From NCBI GenBank assembly GCA_963798085.1, contig CAWCRS010000007.1:128001-192000 (forward strand): 64,000 nucleotides of DNA. Direction: 5' to 3'. This document shows positions 17,565-27,568 of the stretch, piece by piece (position 1 is the first letter of the stretch; each line of letters begins with the position of its first letter). The DNA comes from an uncultured Gemmatimonadales bacterium (lineage in GTDB: Bacteria; Gemmatimonadota; Gemmatimonadetes; Longimicrobiales; RSA9). Below the pieces are notes generated by a model. It had not been told where the DNA came from. It did not search any database and saw only the letters and a list, made by a program, of their open reading frames with translations. A program made the position numbers and the translations under genes.

Positions 17565-20304
17565 GAACCTGCGCACGCGCGCCGCGCGCGCCGCGTTTCT
17601 TTTCTGTCTGCGCACGTTCCCGCGTGCGTTCCGCGAGCGCTCGGCTGCCGAGCTGCTCTGGATGTTCGAGCAGCGCTTTGCTTCGCTGAATCCGCGAGGC
17701 ATCGCATGGCTGGTGGTGGTTCTGCGCGAATGCGCGGGACTGCTGCGCGCCGGGATGACCGAGCGGCGCCGCAGCCGGATTCTGCGCCGGCAACGCGGCG
17801 GTGAAATCGTCGCCCGCAATACGAAGCGCGGGCTGCGCGCGCTGCCGGGCGTGGTGCGCCAGGATGCGCGGCACGCACTGCGCACGCTGCGGCGCAATCC
17901 GGGCTTCGCGGGAATGTCGGTGGGCCTGCTCGGGCTGGGCATTGGCTCCAGTGTGGCGATCTTTTCGGCTGTCAACGCGGTGTTGATCCGGCCGCTGCCG
18001 CTGCCGCAGCCCGCGCGGCTGGTGGCGTTGTGGGAGAGCAATCGCGAGCGCGGCTGGGACCGCGCGGAAGTGGCGCCCGCGAACCTCTTCGACTGGCAGG
18101 AGCGCATCCCCGAGTTCGCGGCCATCGCCGGGTACGCGGACTGGCTCACGGGGCTCGAGCTGGGTGGCGTGGCGCAGCCGCGGCGGGTGCAGGCCAGCAT
18201 GGTAACAGGCGATTACTTCCGAGTCCTGGGCGTGAAGCCGCTGCTGGGCCGCGGTTTCACGAGCGCTGAGACCTGGAGCAACGCCGGCAGTACACTGCGC
18301 GCGGGCAACGGCACGCCCATCAGTTCGGTCGTGCTGAGCGAGCCGCTCTGGCGCTCCGCCTTCGCGGCGGATCCCGCGATCGTGGGCCGGACCATTCGTC
18401 TGGAACGCAAGGATGTGCGCGTCGTCGGCGTGATGCCCGCGGCGCTGCGCATGCCGCACGCGCAGACGGATCTCTGGGTGGTTCCCGGCTTCGATGCGAG
18501 CGTGCGTACGCAGGAATGGTTCCGCCGTGCGCACAGCCTGCGCGGCATCGCGCGGCTTGCGCCCGGTATCACGGTCGAGCGCGCCGCGGCAAAGCTGGGC
18601 GATGTCTCGCACGCACTGCAGCGCGAGTATCCGGTTCTGGATCGCGGCATGGAAGGTGGTCTGGCGCCGCTGGGCGACTATCTGTCGCACGATGCGCGCC
18701 GACCGCTGCTCGCCCTGCTGGCCGCGGTAATGCTGCTGTTACTCAGCGCCAGCGCGAACATTGCCAACCTCATCCTGCTGCGGGGCGTGGCGAGGGAGCG
18801 TGAGCTGGCGGTACGCGGCGCGCTGGGCGCAAGTCGCGTGCGCCTGCTGGCGCAGCTCTTCACGGAAAGCGCCGTACTGGCCATTGCCGGTGGAGCACTG
18901 GGCCTGTTGCTGGGTCTCTGGGGCACGCGCTGGCTGTCGGCGCACCAGCCGGCGCAGCTGCAGGCGGTGCAGCCGCTCGCGGTCGATGGTCGCGTGCTGC
19001 TGTTCGCGTTGTGTGCCACGACCGGCAGCGCACTGCTGTTCGGGCTGCTGCCCGCACTGCGCAGCGCCGCGGCCAGCGCGAAGGACGCGCTCCGCGCGGC
19101 GGCGCGCTCGAGCGCGAGTGCCGGTCGCGTGCGCGCCAGCCAGACGCTCGTGGTGAGCGAGCTGGCGCTGGCGCTGCTGCTGGTGCTGGGCGCCGGCCTG
19201 CTCACCCGCGGCCTGTTCCGCGTGCTGCATCGGGATCCGGGTTTCGATGCAGACAACGTGCTCAGCTTTGCCCTCGCGCTGCCGGGTGTGGACTACGAAA
19301 GTCACGACCGCACGCTCGGCTTCTATGAGACCCTGCTCGAGCGCCTGCGCCGGCTGCCGGGTGTGACGGCCGCGGGTGGCGAGACGCGCGCACCGCTGGA
19401 GGGTGGCTGGGGCAGCGATTTCACGGCGCAGGGCTGGGGGCCGGACCGTTTCGGTGCCGAAGTCCGCCATCGTGAGATAACACCCGGTTATCTCGAGGCC
19501 ATGCACGTCCCGGTGCTGCGCGGCCGCGCCGTGGAGGCGCGCGACCGTGACGGCGCCGAGATGACCGTGCTGATCAACAGCGCGCTGGCTCGTCGTTTCT
19601 TCCCGGGTGAGGATCCCATTGGCCAGCGCATCTGCTTCGACCGCGTGCCGGAAGCGAATTCGGTCTGGCGCACCATCGTGGGCGTGGTGGGCGATGAGCG
19701 GCAGCAGGGACTGTCGCAGGAAGCCGCACCCGAGTTCCTGGCGCCGTTTGCCCAGGACTGGAGTCGTCAGCTCTACCTGCTGGTCCGCACGCACGGGGAT
19801 CCGGAGGCGGTGCTGCCGGCTGTGCGTCGCGAGGTCGCCGCGCTCAATGCGCACCTGGCCATTTTCGATGCGCGCACGGTAGAGCAGATCGTTGCGTTCT
19901 CGCTGGCAAGGGAGCGCTTCGTGCTGGCGCTCTTCGGCCTGTTCGCCGCGCTGTCACTCGTGCTGGCGATGGTGGGCGTCTATGGCGTGGCCGCGCAAAT
20001 GGCGAAGGCGAGGACGCAGGAGATCGGCGTACGCATGGCGCTGGGCGCGCGCACAGGCCAGGTGCAGCGCATGATCCTGCGACGCGGTCTGCTGCTGGCC
20101 CTCGCTGGTCTGGGCGCGGGATTGCTGCTGGCCTGGCCGGGTCAACGCCTGCTCGAAGGACTGCTGGTCGGCGTGGAACCGGGTGATGCGCTCACCATCG
20201 CCGGCGTGTGCGCATTGCTCTGCGGGACCGCGCTGCTGGCATCGTGGATTCCGGCGCGGCGCGCGGCGCGCACGGATCCGGTGCGCGCGCTGCGCATGGA
20301 GTAA
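17554..20304 (+). CDS. Duplicated MacB/FtsX-type ABC permease (ADOP family)
   Basis: QDARHALRTLRRNPGF, ANIANLIL..RERELAVRGALGA, RTQEIGVRMALGA, PARRAARTDPV. Confidence 0.92.
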   Translation: MDAENLRTRAARAAFLFCLRTFPRAFRERSAAELLWMFEQRFASLNPRGIAWLVVVLRECAGLLRAGMTERRRSRILRRQRGGEIVARNTKRGLRALPGVVRQDARHALRTLRRNPGFAGMSVGLLGLGIGSSVAIFSAVNAVLIRPLPLPQPARLVALWESNRERGWDRAEVAPANLFDWQERIPEFAAIAGYADWLTGLELGGVAQPRRVQASMVTGDYFRVLGVKPLLGRGFTSAETWSNAGSTLRAGNGTPISSVVLSEPLWRSAFAADPAIVGRTIRLERKDVRVVGVMPAALRMPHAQTDLWVVPGFDASVRTQEWFRRAHSLRGIARLAPGITVERAAAKLGDVSHALQREYPVLDRGMEGGLAPLGDYLSHDARRPLLALLAAVMLLLLSASANIANLILLRGVARERELAVRGALGASRVRLLAQLFTESAVLAIAGGALGLLLGLWGTRWLSAHQPAQLQAVQPLAVDGRVLLFALCATTGSALLFGLLPALRSAAASAKDALRAAARSSASAGRVRASQTLVVSELALALLLVLGAGLLTRGLFRVLHRDPGFDADNVLSFALALPGVDYESHDRTLGFYETLLERLRRLPGVTAAGGETRAPLEGGWGSDFTAQGWGPDRFGAEVRHREITPGYLEAMHVPVLRGRAVEARDRDGAEMTVLINSALARRFFPGEDPIGQRICFDRVPEANSVWRTIVGVVGDERQQGLSQEAAPEFLAPFAQDWSRQLYLLVRTHGDPEAVLPAVRREVAALNAHLAIFDARTVEQIVAFSLARERFVLALFGLFAALSLVLAMVGVYGVAAQMAKARTQEIGVRMALGARTGQVQRMILRRGLLLALAGLGAGLLLAWPGQRLLEGLLVGVEPGDALTIAGVCALLCGTALLASWIPARRAARTDPVRALRME

Positions 20305-20321
20305 CAGATTGTCGGGCGACG

Positions 20322-21695
20322 TCAGTCGAGTCTGACTTGCTGCAGGTAATCCGGCACCAGCGCATCCCAGCCCAGCTGCTGCGTGATGCGCTGGTGCATG
20401 GCCGCCGCGCCGTCGGGCTCGCCATGGACAACGAAGGTGCGCCGCGGCCTGCTCTCGAAACCGCCCAGCCAGTCATGATCTCGCCGTAGTCGGCGTGGGC
20501 GGAGAGGCCGTCCAATGTGGCGATTTCGGCGTGGATGGGCACCGTGCGTGCCGAACAGGCGGACTTCGTGCGCGCCCTCCTGCATGGTGCGGCCGCGCGT
20601 GCCTGCCGCCTGGTAGCCGACGAATAGAACGTATTACGGGGGTCCCCCGCGAAGGGCTGGATGTGGTGCAGCACGCGCCCGCCGGTGGCCATGCCGCTGG
20701 CCGAGATGATGATCTTGGGCCGCGACGTGGCGTCGATCGCCTTGGACTCGGGCGACCGCTGTTGGCGACATGCGCCGCGCCGAAGATCTCGTGCGCATTC
20801 GCGGGCGCTCAGCTTGTGGATGGCGTGCGTAGCGGCAGAACAGGTCGGTGACGTCGACCGCCATGGGGCTGTCGAGGTAGACGGGCAGGTCGGGGATCAT
20901 GCCCGCCTGCTTCATGCGATGGATGTGGAGCATGCACCAGCTGTGCACGCCCGACGGCGTTCGCGGGCACGACCAGCGTGCCGCCGCGTTGCGCGGTTCG
21001 GCGCACGAGTGCCGCGAGAACGCGTCGGCGGGATCGGCATCGAGATGTGATCGCGATTGCCGTACGTCGATTCGACGAGCAGGTAGTCGGCGTGCCGGAT
21101 GCGTGCGGGCGGGTAGAGCATCGGGATCGTGCGGCCGTCCGAGGTCGCCCGAGAACACGCAGCGTCAGGCCCTGTCGCTGCACGGTGACGAAGGCGGCGC
21201 CGAGGATGTGCCCGGCATTATCGAAGCGGCGCTGCATGCCCGTCGCCCAGATCGAAGCTCCGTCTCGCACGGCGATGGGCCGCAGCCGATCCAGGGCCGC
21301 GATCGCGTCGGCGCGCGTGTAGAGCGGCAGCGCCGGCTTGTGCTTCGAGTAGCCGTGCCGGTTGGCGCGCTCCGCCTCCTCCTCCTGCAGGTGCCCGCTG
21401 TCCGGCAGCAGGATGCGCGCACAGGTCGGCGGTCGCCGGCGTGCAGTAGACCGGGCCGCGGAAGCCGTGGCGCACGAGCAGCGGCAGATACCCGCTGTGG
21501 TCGAGGTGCGCGTGCGTGAGCACGACCGCGTCGACCTCGGCAGGCGGCAGCGGCAGCGGCGCCCAGTTGCGCAGGCGCAGGTCCTTGAGGCCCTGGAACA
21601 GGCCGCAGTCGAAGAGGATCCTGCGTGCGACCGGTCTCGAGCAGGTACTTCGAGCCGGTGACGGTCTTCGTCGCACCCAGGAAAGTCAGTTGCAT
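20322..21695 (-). CDS. MBL-fold beta-CASP/RMMBL ribonuclease (YSH1-like); many frameshifts
   Basis: Fragments across frames: [75 protein letters not shown]. Confidence 0.85.
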
Positions 21696-21848
21696 GGGCG
21701 CGCAATGTTCCACGCCCGGCAGGCCGACGCAAGCCGGTGTGCGCGCGGCTCACCCGGGAAGCGTGCGGCCCGCGCGCGGCCCGCCTATGTTGATCGGCGA
21801 GGCCACGCGTCCCCGGCGCGTGCGGCGGTCCCCGGCGGGGCCGCGGGA

Positions 21849-24173
21849 ATGCTGCGCACCCTTGCTCCGAGGTCATCATGCTCTTCCTTCATCTCACGGC
21901 CGGCGCGCGCCGTGCTCACGGGCTGCGCCCTGGCTCTGTGTCTCCTGCCCGCGGCTGTGCGACCGGCCACGGCGCAGGATGGCAAGCGCCCCATGACGTT
22001 CCTCGACATGCAGCTCATGCGCCAGGCCGGCTCGCCCGCGCCCAGCCCGGACGGCCGTGGATGCTCTACACGATCTCGACGCCGGACTGGAAGGAGGCGA
22101 AGCGCCAGACCGACATCTATCTGGTGTCGCTGCGACAGGGCTGTCAGTGCGACCCGCAGATGACGTACACGAAGGAGAAGAACGAGACGGGGCCGCGCTG
22201 GTCACGCGACGGTTCCTTCTTCGTGTTCCCTCGAACCGCGATGCACCGGCCAGTGCGCAGGGTGCAGAGCCAGCTGTTCCTGATGCGTCCGGACGGCGGT
22301 GAAGCCGCAGGCGGATCACGGATGCGAAGGACGGTGTCTCGGATTTCGCCTTCACGCAGGATGGGCGCTGGCTGGTCTACCGCGCCGGCAAGTCGGGCGA
22401 GGAGCAGTTGTATCGGCTGCCCGTGTCGCGGACATCACTGAGGCGAAGCCCGAGCAGCTCACGCAGCAGCCGGCGGGCGTCGACGCCTGGGAGATCGCGC
22501 CCGACAGCCGCCGCATCTACTTCACCACGCGCCGACACGGTGGACACGGACGAGAAGCGGCGCCGCGAGAAGCGGTTCACGGTGGACATCCGCAATGCGG
22601 AGACGCCCTGGTCAGCCTCTGGGCGCTCGATCTCGACGCCGGTGCGCGCGACGCGGCTGACGCAGCGACGCGACCGTCACCGTGTCCGGCATCAGCATCT
22701 CCGAGGACAGCCGGCTGGGTCGGTTTCCGCGGCACCGACCGTCGGACCGCTACAAGCGCAACATCACGGAGCAGAACATCAACGCCGACCTGTTCATGCT
22801 CGGACGCCGCGAGCGGCGCGATCGAGCGGCTGACCAACAACAAGGAGGTCGGAGAGCACGGGCCCAGCTTCTCGCCGGACGGCAAGCTGGATCGCGTTCG
22901 CCGCGCCGGATGACCTCACGAAGTACAGCATGAGGAACACGCGGGTCTACGTGCGCGCGATTGACGACAGCGGGCGGACCGTGGCGCAAGCTGGGCAGCG
23001 CCTTCGATGGCGATGTCGCCATCTGGTTCTGGTCAAGGACAGCGGAACGATCTACTTCAACGAAGGCATCCGTGCGACCAACGAGGTGCTCGCGCTGGAC
23101 GTGGAACACGGCGCCGTGCACCCGCTCACCAGCGAGAGGGCATCCGTCTCGGCCGCTCGCGATGACTGACACCGGTGTTCTGCTGATCAATTTCGCCGAC
23201 CCGCAGACGCCGCCCACGATGTTCACTGTCGCCAGCGTGGATCAGCTGGGGAACCGCTCCGCCTGGAGGCAGCTGACGGACGCGAACCCGCAGGTGCGCA
23301 GCATCGCGCTCGGTGAGGAAGAGGAGATCACCTGGAAGTCGAAGGACGGTAAGATGGTCGGCGGCGTGCTGGTGAAGCCGGTCGGCTACCAGCCCGGTCA
23401 GCGCTATCCGCTCATTGTCGCGATCCACGGCGGCCCCGCTTCCGCCGACGTGCTCGGCTTCAACGGCGGCTACGGCGCGCAGGTCTACGCAGGCGCGGGC
23501 TACGCCGTGCTCAGGCCCAACTATCGCGGCTCGACGAACTACGGTGTGGCGCACAAGAACGGACATCGTCGGCAATTACTTCCCGCCCGGCTTCGACGAC
23601 ATCATGACCGGCGTCGACTACCTGATTGCGCAGGGTATTGCGATGGCGATCACATGGGCGCACTGGGCTGGAGCGCCGGCGGCCACTGGTCCGAACTGGA
23701 TCCTCACGCACACCGATCGATTCAAGGCGATCAGCACCGGCGCCGGTACTTCGAACTGGATCTCGATGTACGCGGAGAGCGACGTGCAGCGGAACCGGCA
23801 GTACTACCTCGGCGACAAACTGCCGTACGACGATTTCGATGCGTACTGGCGCCAGTCGCCGCTCAAGTACATCAAGAACGCGAAGACGCCGACCATGATC
23901 CACGTCGTGGAAGGCGATCCGCGCGTGCCTCGCCCGCAGTCGGAGGAATTGCACATGGCGCTCAAGCGCCTGGGCGTGCCCACCGAGTTCTACGTCTACC
24001 CGGGCGCCAGCCACGGCATTCCCGACCCGCGCAACCAGCTGGTCAAGTCCGTCGCCGAAATGGCGTGGATGGATTACTGGGTGCGTGGCAGCGGGCAGAA
24101 GTTCGCCTGGCGCGATGTGCTCAAGACGCTCGACACGGACGGGAAGGTGAAGACCGCGGATTCCACGAAGTAG
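21849..24173 (+). CDS. S9 prolyl oligopeptidase/acylaminoacyl peptidase with beta-propeller; many frameshifts
   Basis: YPLIVAIHGGP, PNYRGSTNYG, GWSAGG (in shifted frame), D in EGDPRVP, H in SHG. Confidence 0.88.
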
Positions 24174-24525
24174 GCGACGACACAGCCGTCGCTCTGCTCC
24201 GCGTTTCAACGTCCTGTTTGGCCCTGTCCCGTGACGGCCGACGGGGAGTGGTGATGAGAGGGGTCGGGTGCAGGGGTCGGACGCGGACAAGGCGCCCGTT
24301 GACGGGAGGGGGAGGGAAGCTGGTTCAGGCCGGCTTGCCTCCCTTTCCCGTGTCCTGTCCCCCCTGAATGCTCCCTCGTACTGCGCTGACTGCCCTGCCC
24401 ATCTCCCTGTCCCTGGACGCTTCTAACGGAGAGTTAAGGGGAAGGGACGGAGCAGGAGGGATCCACGCCGCAAGGCTCAGGGAAAGTGGCAATCCATCCC
24501 CCCGCTTCCCGCCCCCAACCGAGCC

Positions 24526-24630
24526 GACATTCCCCTCCCGCCCCTCCACGCGACATTTCCTTCCGCCCCTCCACGCGACATTTCCTCTTCCGCCCCTCCA
24601 CCCGACTTCCCCTTCCGACCTCTCCACCGC
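24526..24630. repeat. Four ~26-bp pyrimidine-rich tandem units (CGACATTTCCTTCCGCCCCTCCACG-like)
   Basis: Read directly from the sequence. Confidence 0.75.
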
Positions 24631-24836
24631 CCCTCAACGGGTGCCCTTGTCCGCGTCCGACCCCTCCACCCAAACCCTCACCCTCGCCCCATCCCGGGCA
24701 AGGGGAACGATCGGAGGGGAGCGCTAATGCAGGGTTAGACAACCAGGCCGGAAGGACAGCGACAAGGCCGAGGGAACCGTGCCGGAATGAAGAGCGTCGG
24801 GGTTGACAGGAACGACAGGGATGCGCCCACATTGCC

Positions 24837-24975
24837 CAGCTTCAGCTTCAGCTTCAGCTTCAGCTTCAGCTTCAGCTTCAGCTTCAGCTTCAGCCTCAGC
24901 CTCAGCCTCAGCCTCAGCCCCCAGCCCCAGCCCCAGCCCCAGCCTCAGCCTCGGCCCCAGCCCCAGCCCCAGCCC
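24837..24975. repeat. Hexanucleotide microsatellite: (CAGCTT)9 (CAGCCT)4 then mixed CAGCCC/CAGCCT, about 23 units
   Basis: Counted directly; abuts the stop codon at 24976. Confidence 0.95.
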
Positions 24976-26094
24976 CTACCTGGTAACGACGCCCTGCATG
25001 CGGATGACCTCGAACGCGCTCGAGGGGATGCGCTTCAGGTCACCCAGCTGATCATTGTTCCAGCGGGAATCGGGTGCGCCGGAGACGTACCAGCCGGAAC
25101 CGTTGTCGGCGAGCAGCATGCCGTAGGTCTTCATGGCGCGCAGGATGACCTGCACGGGGGCGGAGTAGGGCGACTCGTCGAAGGATGCCTTGAGGCGTAC
25201 GCGCATGCCCATGGGCGGCAGGTTCGCGTCGGTGCGCGAGCTGGCGTAGTGGCGTGCGGGATCGACGTAGGCCTTGCGTGTCGTGGGACAGGTGAAGCGC
25301 AGGGCATGACGGATCTGCTGCTGCTCCATCACTTCGTCATAGCGCACGAGTCCGGCCAGGATGGGCAGGCCGGCGGCGTCGGCGGAAGTCCAGCCGGCGG
25401 GTCGTTCGGCATTGCTCTTCAGGTCGAAGATGGCGCCCGAGCCGGCGGTCCAGCGCTTGCCGCCATCGACGGGGTGTGCGTCGAACAGCTCGTATAACAC
25501 CCAGTTATCCCGGTCCACGACCAGCACGTGGCGGTCACCATCGGAGCCGGCGCCGCCCTCGATGGGCGCGTCGGGCGGAATCGGGTAAGGGCCCGGGTCG
25601 CTTTCGTCCGCGTAGTCGAACGAGACGGGCACTCTGGCCTGGCCGCCGGACACGACCGTGTAGGGGATCCCGATGGGCGCGCCGTCCCACACAGTGCCGA
25701 AGTCGGGGTGCAGATTGCGCAGGCCGCAGGCGGCAATGAGCGTGGCCGAAGCGGGATCCACGGCCGCCTGCGAAACATTGGCGTTCCACGCGTTGTCCGC
25801 AGGGAACAGGCGCCGCCCGTTCAGGCTCGCACCGGCGCCCAGGCCGGGCTCGCCACCCGCGGTGCTGCCCGGGTCATCGTTCTGATCGCCGGACGTGACC
25901 TCAGCAGGCGAAGCGGCCGCGCACGCGGCGCCCAGCAGACCGGCCACGAGCAGGGCCGCCACGGTTCGGAACGCGGACCAGCGGCCGCCCGCCACGCGCG
26001 TTGCAGAGCTGCGTCGCAAGAGAGTCTGCTCCTCGTGCAGGGATGTACGCAGGCGACGATGCACTTTCCACACCACCCGCCGCATTCCGCGCAC
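24976..26094 (-). CDS. Conserved hypothetical lipoprotein; true start probably downstream of 26094
   Basis: Lipobox-like LGAAC; motifs FPADNAWN, YADESDPGPYPIP, DGDRH, GWTSADAAGLPI, YGMLLADNG. Confidence 0.8.
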   Translation of the reverse strand: MRGMRRVVWKVHRRLRTSLHEEQTLLRRSSATRVAGGRWSAFRTVAALLVAGLLGAACAAASPAEVTSGDQNDDPGSTAGGEPGLGAGASLNGRRLFPADNAWNANVSQAAVDPASATLIAACGLRNLHPDFGTVWDGAPIGIPYTVVSGGQARVPVSFDYADESDPGPYPIPPDAPIEGGAGSDGDRHVLVVDRDNWVLYELFDAHPVDGGKRWTAGSGAIFDLKSNAERPAGWTSADAAGLPILAGLVRYDEVMEQQQIRHALRFTCPTTRKAYVDPARHYASSRTDANLPPMGMRVRLKASFDESPYSAPVQVILRAMKTYGMLLADNGSGWYVSGAPDSRWNNDQLGDLKRIPSSAFEVIRMQGVVTR

Positions 26095-26321
26095 GTCTGC
26101 CGGACCGGCCCGCTGGACGTTGCAGCGCTTGCGTTTGCGAGCCCCCCGCCGCGGCGCAGCACGCCCGCCGGCAGGGTACAGCGGAAAACAAGTTTCGGGC
26201 GGTGCGCGAAAAGGGCGGCCCGTGCCAGGTCACCGCGTTGTCCTGGCGCGCTGCCCAGGCCGGCCGGAATGACGGCGCCGCTGCCATGCACCATTCAGAC
26301 GCCTCGCAAATACGGACTGTC

Positions 26322-26715
26322 TAACGGATGGTTAAGGGAGACGGAGAAGGTGAGGGAGAGGGGTCGAAGGAGGAGGCGGGCGGGTGTTTACGGGGAGGGG
26401 CATGGACCGTCCCTGGGCGCCATTCCCGTCGCGCGGCCCGAGCAACACTCGCATTCGTCCTCCTCGGATCCATCGCACTGGCCGACGACCTGGCCATGCC
26501 TCGTGCCATTGGGTGGCGAGCAACGGATCGTGCAGGAGCAGGAGAAGGGCAGGAGACGCGTCGAAAGAGAAGGAGAGCGAGTGTTTACCGGACAGTCAAT
26601 GGGAACAGTAAGCGACACGTGCAATCCACAACGCTCCCCTTGCCCATGAACACGCTCCCGGCGCCTTCTGCCGCCCCTCTCCGTGCCCGTCTCCGTTCCC
26701 CTTAACGGTCCGTTA
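26322..26715. repeat. ~395-bp element bounded by ~80-bp imperfect inverted repeats
   Basis: Left arm 26322-26400 versus reverse complement of 26636-26715: about 75% identical, ungapped. Both begin TAACGGAnnGTTAAGGG. A related copy starts at 24424. Confidence 0.8.
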
Positions 26716-27154
26716 TCCAATCGATGGCGCCAGGAGCTGCAGGCAGCAGGAGCGCGGCAACCTGCTGGCGTCGAGTCCGTCGCGGCTGACGAGGCTCACG
26801 GTGTCACGCCAGGGCAGCGGCGCGTCGGTCACATGGAAGCCGGCGGTCCAAACGGGAATCCCGGCGGGCATTGTCGCCTGTGTCCTGAAAACGATCCCAT
26901 GCGACCCAGCAAACGCGTGCGCGCGCCCCCCGGCCGTGCGGGAGGGCGTCGCAGCGGAAGACAACGTGCGCGTGAAAGCGGTGAAGTGCCGCCGTGCATT
27001 GCCCTGCGTGTTGAGACGAACGGTCCGGAGAGCCGGGACCGGGCGCGAACCGAAGTGGTGAAACGACCTTTCCTCGACCGCAAGCCGCGCGACTGGCGCG
27101 CATCCTGCCTCCCGTTCGTGGTGTACAACAGGAGGATTCGATCGAGGAGGCGGT

Positions 27155-27520
27155 ATGCGGAAGCGGGGCAGGATCAGTCTCGCGGTGATTGCCATCATGG
27201 CGCTCTCCAGCTGCGCCAGCCTGCACAAGGGCGGCCCGCGCGACACCGGGCCGAAGACCGTGCTCGAGGTGGAGAACGATGCCGCGATGGACATGAACAT
27301 TTACGTGCTGGCGCATGCCACGAACCGGGTGCGGCTGGGAACGGCGGTGGCGCACATCACCACCAATCTCACGATCCCGCCTGACCTGCTGTTCGGGATC
27401 AGCACGTTGCGCTTCATTGCGGACCCGATCGGCGGCAGCGCATTGCCGGTCTCGCAGGAGATCTCGGTGCAGCCCGGAGATACCATCCGCCTGCAGATCC
27501 CGCCTTATGGCGGCCAGTAG
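27155..27520 (+). CDS. Small hypothetical lipoprotein
   Basis: GAGGAGG RBS; lipobox LSSC; Ig-like beta-rich body. Confidence 0.8.
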   Translation: MRKRGRISLAVIAIMALSSCASLHKGGPRDTGPKTVLEVENDAAMDMNIYVLAHATNRVRLGTAVAHITTNLTIPPDLLFGISTLRFIADPIGGSALPVSQEISVQPGDTIRLQIPPYGGQ

Positions 27521-27568
27521 CGGCGCAGCGCCGGGAAGTGCGCGGCCGGCGCCGGCCGGACCTGCGTC

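Noticed and set aside
20322..24173. Pseudogenes or programmed frameshifting in the MBL ribonuclease and S9 peptidase (similar breaks at 35.4-36.6 kb, 40.2-42.2 kb, 60.5-61.5 kb and 63.3 kb)
   Set aside because: The indels cluster by region across unrelated genes, catalytic motifs and codon bias are intact, and no internal stops were needed to rejoin the fragments. Long-read consensus error is the simpler explanation; read remapping would confirm it.
24787..25497. SF/PQ-repeat protein on the plus strand
   Set aside because: It is a translation of the microsatellite plus the antisense shadow of the minus-strand gene.
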